A DNA stretch of 64,000 bases from an uncultured bacterium (GTDB taxonomy: Bacteria; Patescibacteriota; Microgenomatia; Levybacterales; UBA12049). Position 1 is the first letter of the stretch; each line of letters begins with the position of its first letter. The stretch is taken from positions 298,814 through 362,813 of the forward strand of contig CAWGXL010000010.1 in NCBI GenBank assembly GCA_963826535.1. Direction: 5' to 3'. The position numbers and the translations under genes are program-made. Below are positions 1-10,162 of the stretch, in pieces. The notes under the pieces were generated by a model, which was given only the letters and a program-made list of their open reading frames with translations, was not told the DNA's origin and did not search any database.

Positions 1-1290
1 TCGCGCCGGTGATAATTCATTTTTTGAGCAAGATCCCGATATGCGACCATCTGTCGGTAAGTACCGCTAATCGGTAACAAATATTTTGGTTTAGTTAATG
101 CGATAAGTAATTGAAGATCACCTGATGACCCATGCCCTGAAACATGGAAATCGTCTGAAATTTCCGAGTAAAGAACCTGCACACCTTTTTTGGATAATGC
201 ATCGATCAAAGAATTAACCGCTATCTCATTTCCCGGAATGATATCAGATGAGAGAACGACAACGTCGGCAGGACCAAGCTTTACATCTTTATGTACTCCA
301 TCAGCAATACGTGTCAATGCCGAATTTTCTTGTCCTTGACTGCCTGCAACCAAGAACAACACTTGACTATCCTTATATCTTCGCAACTGATCTATTGGTA
401 TTTCCATACCTCTGGGAATATGCATATATCCCAAACGCTCTGCAATAGTTTTAACTTTTATCATCGAACGACCGACGAAACAAACTTTACGGTTAAATTT
501 TTTAGCTGCCTGAATAACTTGGTTCATGCGTAAGATGTTAGAAGAATAAGTAGTTACAATAAATTTTCCGTTTGCCCCCCTCATTTCCCGCTCAAAATTA
601 GCAGATAGCCCTTCTTCGGAAGTAGAAAACCCGCGTCTATCAGAACCAAGTGAATCTGATAGAAGACAAAGTACTCCTTCCTCCGCGGCTTTAGCTATTT
701 TTCCGAACTCTGTTCTAATTCCGTCTGCAGGTGTAAAGTCAAATTTAAAATCGCTGCCGTGGTAAAGATTGCCAACCGGTGTATGAATAATAATATTAGC
801 ACTATCCGGTACAGAATGCGTGACTCGCAAAAATGTCGCGCTGAATTCACCAAGTTGTACTACGCTATTATCAAATTTAATTGTTTGAACAGCCGGCTTC
901 AAACCAAATTCCGAAAGCTTTTCATTTGCTAACGCGGCAGTTAGTGGGGAACCATATATTGGAAAAGGTGGTAGCTGCGGAATAATAAAAGGTAATCCGC
1001 CGATGTGGTCTTCATGCCCATGAGTAAGCACCAGTCCTACTATCTTTTTTTTCGCCGAGCCAACCGGCAGGCAAGTTGAAAGTAGATATGAAATATCAGG
1101 AAGCAATAGATCCACTCCCAACATTGTTTCATCAGGAAAACCCAATCCACAGTCTACAATGAGTATTTGATCTTTATACTCATATACGTACATATTTCGA
1201 GTGACGTTCCTCTAGACCTCCTAGCGAAATAAAGGAAACAGAATCATGTAGGGGAGGTGGAGTGGTTTTTAAATTTTTCTCTTCAATCAT
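1..1290 (-). CDS. rnj: Ribonuclease J (runs off the left edge; apparent +1 frameshift near 1207)
   Basis: Manual translation gives MIEEK...FISLGGLE, then in the shifted frame (D)VTRNMYVYEY...VDCGLGFP...THGHEDHIGG (metallo-beta-lactamase motif) and later HVSGHG. One extra A in GAGGAACGTC separates the two frames. Confidence 0.92.
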
Positions 1291-1405
1291 CTTATATTCT
1301 TATTTATACTTGTAATTATAACATACTCCACCCTAGCATAGTTTTTTTGTTAAACATACTACTGATTCAATTGAGGAATACTTTAGCTCTTCAAATAACT
1401 CAACT

Positions 1406-2131
1406 TTAAGGATTTTGCTCCTTTTGCTCCAAATTATTCCTAAACCTTTCTATTATTTGTGGATCCAAAACTGGCTTACTGGAAGTAAGCTTAATTTCTT
1501 TAGTCGCCAAATGTGACAATTCTTCTGCATTTCTAACCTCACTAAATATACCTTTAGCCTCATCGTTTGTAATGTCAGGTAACATTTTCATTACAAGCTG
1601 AAATTGAGCCTGATCTAATCTGGCTCTCATATAGGTTGATACATCATCGAAGTGATACCTCACGTCCGGAAATTGAGACCACATACTTAGGCCTAATCTT
1701 AAAAGCTTCGGTAAATCAGCACGCGGCATCTCATAAATCATTTTATGTCTTTCCCACTCTTCTGTTTGTTTCTCATTTAATTCTGCTAATGGTATTGGGA
1801 GGTTACCTTCTATCCCGTCAGAACTTTCTGTTCTCATCCAATCTTTTTGTCTTGCAAAATCCACATAAATAAAATTTTGGAGCATCTGAGGAAATTCTTT
1901 AATTACTTTATTTGAAACACCATGCATCAGTTCCATGTTCCTATTAAAGGTTTTATTACCCTCAATCTTTAAAGGAGGTCTATTTGCAGTATCCCGTAAA
2001 AAAAAGGGTGCTTCTTGTTTAAATAAATTAGGGTCTATTGCAAATAAAACCGGTAAACGAGGATTATATTTCTTTTCTCTATTTTTTATATCTGCTTCGC
2101 GATGTATCTGATCACCATTTTCTTCACCCAT
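1406..2131 (-). CDS. Hypothetical protein (orphan)
   Basis: 241-aa ORF with TATAAT about 10 nt upstream of the ATG; no recognisable motif. Confidence 0.7.
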   Translation of the reverse strand: MGEENGDQIHREADIKNREKKYNPRLPVLFAIDPNLFKQEAPFFLRDTANRPPLKIEGNKTFNRNMELMHGVSNKVIKEFPQMLQNFIYVDFARQKDWMRTESSDGIEGNLPIPLAELNEKQTEEWERHKMIYEMPRADLPKLLRLGLSMWSQFPDVRYHFDDVSTYMRARLDQAQFQLVMKMLPDITNDEAKGIFSEVRNAEELSHLATKEIKLTSSKPVLDPQIIERFRNNLEQKEQNP

Positions 2132-2195
2132 ACTTACATTTATTATATCAATTTAAATCAAATAAATACAAATTGCATAACCATCAGCAATCCGT

Positions 2196-3521
2196 TTACC
2201 ATTCCGGCATAAATTGCTTAATATTATCGGGAGTGATACGGACAGTCTCAGCCTGACCTGATACAATTAACATAGCTGATTTGCGGCACATATTTGTGAT
2301 AAGACGGTCAAGCCCACGAATACCGGGGTCATAACCCAATGGCCTGACAAGCGGTCCCCATACCTCTTGGTCAATTTGTAATTGTTCCGGTAATAATCCT
2401 GTAACCTTCATAGTTTTAGGCAATACGAAATCCCGGCCGATGACGATTTTTTCTTCATCGTTATAAGAAGGCATGTGAATAATTTCTACGCGGTCAAGAA
2501 CAGCTGTCGCCACACTCGAAATATTATTAGCCGTAGCAATAAATATAATATGTTGAAGAGTAAAAGGATAATCTATGTAATGATCAGTAAAATTGGCATT
2601 TTGTTCCGGATCAAGAACTTCGATAAGTACACCCATAATATCTGCTCTGGCTGTATCAGTCACACGATCAAGTTCATCAAGACAGATAACCGGATTTTTT
2701 GATTTTGCTGAGACAAGTTTTTTAATTATAGCACCCGGTTCCGCATCCGGAAAAAATCTCGATTGTCCCCGCAAGACGCGGGAATCTGCCATACCTCCGA
2801 AAGCAATACGTTGGAATGACCTGCCAAGTGAATCGGCCAAAGCCTTGGCAAAAGTTGTTTTACCCGTACCTGCAAGCCCTACAACGCAGAGTATTGGTGC
2901 TTTTATAATATTATCCATGCCTTGATTGTTTTTGATATTCAACATAATTGACGCTATAAATTCCAAAACCCTTTGTTTAAGCGGCTCAAGACCGTAGTGG
3001 CTCTTATCCATTATTTCTTTAGCCTTTGCCAGATCCAACAGATCCTGACTCTCTAATTTCCAAGGCATATCTACAACCCAATTAACATATCGTGATGTTT
3101 GTTCGTATTCAATAATAAATGTCGAACTCATAAACCCGGAGCTTTGTCTGATTAGCGCAAGACGGGATATCCTTTCATTGAGAATAGTTTTCAATTCGTC
3201 AGGCAATGATGCCTTTTCGATCTTTTCACCCAATTGACGAATTTGGTCATTAGATTTACCATGGTCGGAAACAACACTGATCCCGTTTTTAGACGCGCCA
3301 TTTACTGTGTGATCAAGATTAAGATTTTCAGCAGCAGCAACATTATTCATTTTACTCAAATCCTCACTTTCAGAAGCCAAAGTTGCCTGCATACTATTCT
3401 CAATCTTCATCGGCATATCCCCGCTAGCCATTGCCGCTTTATCTTCAGCACTAGGAGCCGGCGCTGGTGGGGGTTGGGCCGCAGAATCACCTGTGGGTGG
3501 ATTTTGTGAAGAAGGATCCAT
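2196..3521 (-). CDS. Lon-family AAA+ ATPase lacking both the N-domain and the C-terminal protease domain
   Basis: SHYGLEPLKQRVLE, Walker A GLAGTGKT, PGAIIKKL..NPVICLDELD, DPEQNANFTDHY, FIATAN, LDRVEII are all Lon-like; the protein ends after RITPDNIKQF where the protease domain would start. Confidence 0.88.
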   Translation of the reverse strand: MDPSSQNPPTGDSAAQPPPAPAPSAEDKAAMASGDMPMKIENSMQATLASESEDLSKMNNVAAAENLNLDHTVNGASKNGISVVSDHGKSNDQIRQLGEKIEKASLPDELKTILNERISRLALIRQSSGFMSSTFIIEYEQTSRYVNWVVDMPWKLESQDLLDLAKAKEIMDKSHYGLEPLKQRVLEFIASIMLNIKNNQGMDNIIKAPILCVVGLAGTGKTTFAKALADSLGRSFQRIAFGGMADSRVLRGQSRFFPDAEPGAIIKKLVSAKSKNPVICLDELDRVTDTARADIMGVLIEVLDPEQNANFTDHYIDYPFTLQHIIFIATANNISSVATAVLDRVEIIHMPSYNDEEKIVIGRDFVLPKTMKVTGLLPEQLQIDQEVWGPLVRPLGYDPGIRGLDRLITNMCRKSAMLIVSGQAETVRITPDNIKQFMPEW

Positions 3522-3658
3522 ATCTCAATATCATATCCTATTTAACATATAATTGAAAAGTACCAAAATAGTTGTCTAATCAATTTACAGCAAGCTTATA
3601 ATTCCTGCATGAGCATTAATGGCGTAATTTGAAGGTATATATATTTTGTAAAGAAATA

Positions 3659-4465
3659 TCACTCTCGTGGAACCTTCTGGTAGAGATGTTTTTCCAGTGC
3701 GTCAAAAAACGTACGCACACCTCTATATCCTTTTCCTTCTACCTTACCAGCTTCTTCTATTTTAGCTTCAGAAACTAAGAAAAATCCATCTGCTTTTACT
3801 CTCCTCATTCCCGGCTGGCTACCCTCACCGTCAAGACCTACAAACGACCTTTTGTAAAAATCATCCAAAAGATCAGGCTCTTTTAAGATTACTTGCAAAA
3901 ATTTAGTCATTACTACGCGTGGAAACTCTGTAGAGACATGAGCTGGAGTAAAAAAGCCTCTACTATCTACCTGTTCTCTATCTTGGAAAAAATGAATTGA
4001 TAATACCTCATTTTTAGGGTCGGCAATAGATGGCACAACGCTCAAAATATGGGAATTTACTAAATCTGGAAATTCACGCTGAGAACTATATATTCTTTGA
4101 TGCAAATACAAGATTTTGTTTTCTAGGGGGGATATGCGCAATCGGTCAGGTCCATGATCATAAAAGCCCTCAGCATCTGATCTACTTATTTCCACACCGT
4201 TAATTTTTGACCCAGCCGGAAGCTTGCCATGTACGTTTCTTCTGACAATGGCTTTTGCAAATTCCTCAGCCGACAATTTTATTTCTTCTGAACCTCCAGT
4301 TGCTATAATAGTCTCAGAACTGCTAATTTTATCCGCTGGGCGTAACGATTGAAGCGCCTCAACATCTTGTTCCGTTAAACTCCTCGTTTGCAATAAAGCA
4401 ATTAAGGTTTCAGTAGGAATCTGCTTTAATGCCTCCGGCATGGCCGTATCTCCAATTTCTCTCAT
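3659..4465 (-). CDS. Hypothetical protein (orphan)
   Basis: 268-aa ORF; TATAAT 6 nt upstream of the ATG. Confidence 0.7.
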   Translation of the reverse strand: MREIGDTAMPEALKQIPTETLIALLQTRSLTEQDVEALQSLRPADKISSSETIIATGGSEEIKLSAEEFAKAIVRRNVHGKLPAGSKINGVEISRSDAEGFYDHGPDRLRISPLENKILYLHQRIYSSQREFPDLVNSHILSVVPSIADPKNEVLSIHFFQDREQVDSRGFFTPAHVSTEFPRVVMTKFLQVILKEPDLLDDFYKRSFVGLDGEGSQPGMRRVKADGFFLVSEAKIEEAGKVEGKGYRGVRTFFDALEKHLYQKVPRE

Positions 4466-4576
4466 AAAGGAATTATAACACTTTTTACTTTAAAAACTCA
4501 AAAAAACATGAAAGTACATATTATGACAGTGCATACAGAGATTTTTTCAGCTTGACGACTTTTCTTAATATCCAAA

Positions 4577-4697
4577 ACCACCAATTTAAAGTAAATGGTG
4601 GAGAAATGGTCGAGGCTAATAACCATTTAAATGGTCAACAAATGGACAGTTGAGGCTAAAAAATAGTGACAAAAAAGGGTGAAATGGTGACCATTTT
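4577..4697. repeat. Intergenic array of AAATGG(T)/ACCATTT motifs with palindromes
   Basis: AAATGG at 4593, 4604, 4629, 4640, 4682; palindromes ACCATTTAAATGGT (4622-4635) and AAATGGTGACCATTT (4682-4696); GAGGCTAA at 4612 and 4652. Confidence 0.6.
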
Positions 4698-4755
4698 GGA
4701 AATAACAGGTTGAACTAAATTCACTAAATAGGGTTGTCCTTAAAAGTAGTAAAAC

Positions 4756-7017
4756 TTATCTGCTGAAGCGTTTTCGTGGCTTACTCTGGAATTTTTCTCT
4801 TTGGAACTGTCGACTTAAAGGATGATCGCGTCGTGTAGGTGGTGCGCTTGAGACTCTTTCCTGACTATAACCTGGTCGTGGTTGTTCACGTTGTTCCGGT
4901 CTCTGAGCTGCCCCTTCATCTTCTAAAATCATACTTAAGTTGACGCGTCCCTGTTGATCAATTTCAGCTACCCTGACCTTAACACTCTGTCCGATTGCAA
5001 CTACCTCCTCAGGACTTTTCACAAACCCGCGACCCATTTTTGAAACATGTACCATTCCCTCTTTCCCCGGTAAATATTCAATAAATGCTCCAAAAGGAAG
5101 AATTCTTTTAACCATCCCTTCAAATAATTCACCTGGAACCACTTCGCGTGTCATGCCCTTTATCCAATCCACCGCTTTCGCGACCGATTCTTCAGACATA
5201 CCTGAAATAGCCACTGTGCCATCATCTTCTACGTCAACTTGTGCCCCGGTCTGGGCTATAATCAACCGGATATTTTTACCTCCCGGGCCTATTATCTCTC
5301 CAATTTTTTCAACCGGAATTTGAATTAACTCAATCTTTGGGGCATATTCTGATACTTTTTCCCGGCGTTTGGGGATTACAGAAAGCATTTTCTCCAGGAT
5401 AAAAAGACGAGCTGTTCGTGCCCTGGCAAAAGTTTCACTTATTTGTTTCAAGGTTATTCCCGGAACTTTAACGTCAAGTTGAATCGCAGTAACCCCTTTT
5501 TCAGTACCGGCTACTTTAAAATCCATATCCCCGGAAAAATCCTCAAGACCAATAATATCCGTTAAAAGTACATATTTATCTCCGTCCGACATCATGCCAA
5601 CTGAAATCCCGGCAATAGGACTTGTAATAGGAACTCCCGCATCCATTAGTGCAAGAGTAGATCCACAAGCAGAAGCCATAGAAGTAGAACCGTTAGACGA
5701 AGTAATTTCTGAGACAATACGAATAGTGTAAGGGAAAACTTTTCTGTCTGGGATTACCGGCATCAAAGCTCGTTCAGACAGGGCGCCGTGCCCGATTTCA
5801 CGCCGGCTTGGAGACATCATTCGCCCCGTTTCGCCAACAGAGTAAGGTGGCATTGAATAATGATGAATATAGCGCTTAGTTTCTTCTCCTTCTGCAGATT
5901 CGATAATCTGTTCCAGACGCGGAGAGCCCAGCGTAACTACAGTTAACGCCTGTGTCAAACCTCTTTGAAAAATAGCCGACCCATGAGTCCTTGGTAAGAT
6001 TCCAACCTCTGCGGATAAATTACGGATCTCATCTATTTTACGTCCGTCAATTCGTTTATTCTTTTCAACAACATCCTTACGGATATATTTGAACATGACT
6101 TTTTCAAATGCCTCAGCAAGTATTTTTTTATCAAACTCTAGGCTAGGGTTAGTGCTTTTTTCCTGATCGTAAATTGTGTTTATTAATGCATCCTGTTCTT
6201 CATGGCCTGTTTCTCTATCAGCCCTGCGTTTTCCGACATCCAGGATTTCTTTTTTGTAAGTTTTTTCAAGTAAAGCGATGGTATCTTTTAATTTTGTATT
6301 TGGAGTGACTAGAGTCTTTTTCTGCCCTACTTTTTTAGTTAACTGTTCAATAAAAGAAATTACCTTTTTTGTTTCTTCATTGCCTAGTTTTATCGCCTCT
6401 TCTATTAACTCCTCCGGAACTTGATTTGCTCCTGCCTCTATCATGACTGATTTATCTTTGCATTGAGAAACTACGAGGTCAAGGTCGGAAATAGCACATT
6501 CACTTGTAGTTGGGTTCAAAATAAATTCATTCTTCCCTTCCTTATCCTTAACCAACCCAACTCTGATTGCTCCAATCGGTCCGTTCCATGGAATGTGAGA
6601 AATAGACAAAGCAGCAGATACTGCAATAAGAGAAAGAATATCCGGTTCGTTTTCTCCATCAACGGATAGAACCGTGATTACTACTTGCACATCATTTTTA
6701 TAATCTTTTGAGAATAAAGGACGAATTGATCTATCTATTAATCTACCGGTAAGAACTGCCTCATCTGAAGGTCGCCCCTCTCGCTTCACCCATCGGCTGC
6801 CTTTAATCTTGCCTCCGGCATAAAGTCTCTCAACATATTCAACACTAAGAGGAAACCAATTAATATCCGGGCGGATATTGCCAGCTACAACAGTTGCCAA
6901 TACCATAGTATCTCCCAAACGCGCCAAAACAGAAGCAGTCGCCTGGGGTGCTAAATGTCCTACTTCAAGGGTTAAAGTTTTTCCGGCAAATTCTAGCTTA
7001 ATTGAGGTTTTTTCCAT
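4756..7017 (-). CDS. pnp: Polyribonucleotide nucleotidyltransferase (PNPase)
   Basis: Two RNase PH domains (RLIDRSIRPLF, HGSAIFQRG, RREIGHG, SNGSTSMAS, GDMDFKVAGT), KH domain (IIGPGGK) and S1 domain; lies downstream of rpsO. Confidence 0.98.
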   Translation of the reverse strand: MEKTSIKLEFAGKTLTLEVGHLAPQATASVLARLGDTMVLATVVAGNIRPDINWFPLSVEYVERLYAGGKIKGSRWVKREGRPSDEAVLTGRLIDRSIRPLFSKDYKNDVQVVITVLSVDGENEPDILSLIAVSAALSISHIPWNGPIGAIRVGLVKDKEGKNEFILNPTTSECAISDLDLVVSQCKDKSVMIEAGANQVPEELIEEAIKLGNEETKKVISFIEQLTKKVGQKKTLVTPNTKLKDTIALLEKTYKKEILDVGKRRADRETGHEEQDALINTIYDQEKSTNPSLEFDKKILAEAFEKVMFKYIRKDVVEKNKRIDGRKIDEIRNLSAEVGILPRTHGSAIFQRGLTQALTVVTLGSPRLEQIIESAEGEETKRYIHHYSMPPYSVGETGRMMSPSRREIGHGALSERALMPVIPDRKVFPYTIRIVSEITSSNGSTSMASACGSTLALMDAGVPITSPIAGISVGMMSDGDKYVLLTDIIGLEDFSGDMDFKVAGTEKGVTAIQLDVKVPGITLKQISETFARARTARLFILEKMLSVIPKRREKVSEYAPKIELIQIPVEKIGEIIGPGGKNIRLIIAQTGAQVDVEDDGTVAISGMSEESVAKAVDWIKGMTREVVPGELFEGMVKRILPFGAFIEYLPGKEGMVHVSKMGRGFVKSPEEVVAIGQSVKVRVAEIDQQGRVNLSMILEDEGAAQRPEQREQPRPGYSQERVSSAPPTRRDHPLSRQFQREKFQSKPRKRFSR

Positions 7018-7287
7018 TTAATCTTTCAGCCCAATTTTTTTGAGAATATTGGTAACTCGGCTCTCATCAACTTTTTTGAGGAAGTTAATAAGTCGGCGTC
7101 TTTTAGCAATCATTGAGAGAAGTCCGCGTCTGCTATGCACATCATGGTTATGAATTTTAAGATGATCCGCAAGCCGGGCAACCCTCTTAGATAATAGTGC
7201 AATTTGAACTTCAGGACTACCTGTGTCACCTTTTGTGGTTTGGAATTCCGTTATAATCTCTTTCTTTTGCGTTATACTAAGTGGCAT
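7018..7287 (-). CDS. rpsO: 30S ribosomal protein S15
   Basis: GDTGSPEVQIALL...HLKIHNHDVHSRRGLL; ATG at 7287 is 7 nt after TATAAT. Confidence 0.98.
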   Translation of the reverse strand: MPLSITQKKEIITEFQTTKGDTGSPEVQIALLSKRVARLADHLKIHNHDVHSRRGLLSMIAKRRRLINFLKKVDESRVTNILKKIGLKD

Positions 7288-7308
7288 CAAAATTATTATA
7301 CCATGCTA

Positions 7309-8355
7309 CTATTCTTTTGACAATGGCACATTTTTTTCATTTGTCAATTCCTTTAACTTATTAAGATATTCTTTTACAATCCGTTTCACCTTATATATTT
7401 TAAGACCATACTTTTTACTCAATACTGCTATACTTTGCGGGTCTACATTATATAATCCTCTATGACTAACAAAAATATCTTTATCACGCTTTCCAGTTTC
7501 ACCTTGGCTAACAATGTCCAGTGCTTTAATCATATTTTCATATTGTTGTAAAATGTTAATTTCATCAATTGGACTTTCGGTAATTTCAGATGAGATTTTG
7601 TCATGAAATGTTTCGTCACCATCCTCCCCAATAGGATTATCCAAAGATACGACATTTCTCTCCATAAGAGTCAAAAGTTTCTTAACTTGTGATTCATTAA
7701 AGCCTGTCTCATCCGCAATCCCAGAAGCATTTATGGGAGTTGCACCAAAATGCTCTTTTTGAACGCGTTTTACTTTATTAATATCTTCATATTTATTATG
7801 TGGGAGACGAACAAGATCTACTTTTTCCATAATTCCTCTCTGAATACTATTCCGAATCCACCATGTAGCATATGTAGAAAATCTATATCCTTTTCTCCAT
7901 TTAAATTTATCAACAGCCTTAAAAAGGCCTTCATTTCCAGCCTGAATCAAATCCAGGAATTGAAATCGATCACCTATATAATTTTTCGCGATAAAAACAA
8001 CCAGACGTAAGTTGCTCTCTATAAGTTGATTTCGCGCTTTAATATTACCGGAATCTTTTTCTTTGGCAAGTTCAATTACGTCATTCGCAGTTAACAGCGA
8101 ATTTTTCCTGATATCACTAAGATAGATTCTTAAAATATCAAGATCCACATTTTTATCTTTACTGGCAACATAATCAAGAATTCTCTGATCGGGTTCTTTA
8201 AAGCTGGAAACTGCTTCTTGTGCCAAACTTTCAACCTTGTCCAACGATTTAGCATCAGGTTCATTTTCTGAGATCTCCAATTTCCCGACTTCTCGTTCTG
8301 ATTTATTCCCAGTTAAAGCAGTATTTTTTGCTCTTTCTCTTCTTTCTGCACTCAT
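7309..8355 (-). CDS. RpoD/SigA-like alternative sigma-70 factor with divergent region 4
   Basis: Region 1.2 DILRIYLSDIRK, region 2 LIESNLRLVVFIAK..DLIQAGNEGL..FSTYATWWIR, region 3 VSLDNPIG; probable start MSAERR at 8355. Confidence 0.88.
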   Translation of the reverse strand: MSAERRERAKNTALTGNKSEREVGKLEISENEPDAKSLDKVESLAQEAVSSFKEPDQRILDYVASKDKNVDLDILRIYLSDIRKNSLLTANDVIELAKEKDSGNIKARNQLIESNLRLVVFIAKNYIGDRFQFLDLIQAGNEGLFKAVDKFKWRKGYRFSTYATWWIRNSIQRGIMEKVDLVRLPHNKYEDINKVKRVQKEHFGATPINASGIADETGFNESQVKKLLTLMERNVVSLDNPIGEDGDETFHDKISSEITESPIDEINILQQYENMIKALDIVSQGETGKRDKDIFVSHRGLYNVDPQSIAVLSKKYGLKIYKVKRIVKEYLNKLKELTNEKNVPLSKE

Positions 8356-8473
8356 AATTGAATATCTATGAAAACAAAAACTATACAAAAAGTATAATAG
8401 TATACATTTCCAATAAAAATAATTCAATCAAAATTTTAGTTGACTTAATACAATTTGTTTGATAATATAAATC

Positions 8474-10150
8474 GTGCCCCTAACAAAAACTGCAATTAAA
8501 AAGACAAAATATATTTTTGTTTCCGGTGGAGTAATATCCGGAATTGGGAAAGGCACCACAGCCGCATCTATCGCATATCTACTTAAATCCGCGGGATACA
8601 AAGTCGCCCCCATTAAATTTGAAGGCTATCTCAATATAGATGCAGGCACTATTAATCCCATTGAACATGGTGATACCTTTTTATGTGAGGACGGAACTGA
8701 AACTGACATGGATATTGGTACATACGAAAAATTTCTCGACGAAGACATGAGCCGCGACAACTTCGTAACCATGGGCCAGGTTTATCAAACAATTATTGCC
8801 AAAGAACGCAGGTTTGAATACAACGGTGAAGATGTGGAAGCAGTGCACATCTCAGAGGAAATAATAAACCGTATTAAAAAACTTGCCAACAAGAAAAAAG
8901 CCGACGTCGTTATAATTGAGCTGGGAGGAACAGCAGGGGAGTACTGGAACGTTTTTTTCTATGAAGCGTCAAGAATGCTTGCCTTACAAAATGACGGTGA
9001 CGTTATTCATATCCATGTCAGCTATATGCCTACACCTCACCATTTAGGTGAACCAAAAACCAAACCAACACAGTTATCAGTTCGTACCCTAAATACACTT
9101 GGCATACAACCTGATTTTATAGTAGCACGTGGAGAGAAGCCTCTTGATCAACGCAGGAAGGATAGATTAGCCTTATTTTGCAACATTCGGCCTGATGATA
9201 TTATATCCAATCCCGACATGGACTCCCCATATGAAATACCATTAGTATTACATAAGCAAGAGCTTGATAAAAAAATTCTCCAAAAATTACACTTACCTCA
9301 ACGAGCCGCCAATCTAAAAGACATAGAGAAATTAGTAGCCCGGATCAAGAGTCCCAAGAAGAAGCAAATCGAAATCGCAATTGTCGGGAAATATTTCGGT
9401 ACAGGAGATTACCAATTGAGAGATTCCTATGCGGCATTGTTTGACGCAATAGATCATGCTGGTTGGCAGTTGGGGGTAGATATAAAGACTAAATGGATAG
9501 ATGCGGAAAAAGCTGAAAAAAACAGTATTCAAGATTTGATGGGAGCCCCCAATGGAATTATTGTACCCATTGGGTGGGGCCAACGTGGAGCAGAAGGAAT
9601 GATCAAAGCAGCCAATTATGCACGGGAGAAAAAAATTCCCTATCTTGGTCTATGTTACGGAATGCAACTATCTGTAATCGCGTTTGCCAGAGGAGTCTTA
9701 GAATGGAAAGATGCTGATACTACTGAAAATAATCCCAAGTCAACACATCCGGTTATTTACTTAATTCCCGCGCAAAAAGAATTCATGGAGACTAGAGCCT
9801 ACGGTGGCACCATGCGCCTCGGTGCCTGGGATGCGAGAGTAAAAAAAGGAACAAAAGCCTGGGAACTTTATAATAAGTACAATGAATTTATTGATAAAAA
9901 TAAAGACTTAACCAGCGAGCGCCATAGACATAGGTATGAGTTCAATAATAAATTTGTGCAGGATTTTGAGGATAAGGGACTAATTATTAGCTCCCGCTCG
10001 ATAAAAGAAAACCTTGTCGAAATAATCGAAATCCCCGATCACCCATTCTACCTTGCAACCCAAGGCCACCCCGAATACAAAAGCCGCCCCCTAAAACCCC
10101 ACCCAATCTTCCTCGGCTTCATCGAAGCCTGCAGCAAGGAAATTAAGTGA
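8474..10150 (+). CDS. pyrG: CTP synthase
   Basis: KYIFVSGGVISGIGKG, glutaminase GLCYGMQ, ERHRHRYEFN, QGHPEY. Confidence 0.98.
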   Translation: MPLTKTAIKKTKYIFVSGGVISGIGKGTTAASIAYLLKSAGYKVAPIKFEGYLNIDAGTINPIEHGDTFLCEDGTETDMDIGTYEKFLDEDMSRDNFVTMGQVYQTIIAKERRFEYNGEDVEAVHISEEIINRIKKLANKKKADVVIIELGGTAGEYWNVFFYEASRMLALQNDGDVIHIHVSYMPTPHHLGEPKTKPTQLSVRTLNTLGIQPDFIVARGEKPLDQRRKDRLALFCNIRPDDIISNPDMDSPYEIPLVLHKQELDKKILQKLHLPQRAANLKDIEKLVARIKSPKKKQIEIAIVGKYFGTGDYQLRDSYAALFDAIDHAGWQLGVDIKTKWIDAEKAEKNSIQDLMGAPNGIIVPIGWGQRGAEGMIKAANYAREKKIPYLGLCYGMQLSVIAFARGVLEWKDADTTENNPKSTHPVIYLIPAQKEFMETRAYGGTMRLGAWDARVKKGTKAWELYNKYNEFIDKNKDLTSERHRHRYEFNNKFVQDFEDKGLIISSRSIKENLVEIIEIPDHPFYLATQGHPEYKSRPLKPHPIFLGFIEACSKEIK

Positions 10151-10162
10151 CAGATCAAATAT

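Noticed and set aside
4577-4697. CRISPR array or DnaA-box origin
   Set aside because: The repeats are only 6-8 bp with irregular spacing, there are no cas genes, and no TTATCCACA boxes were seen
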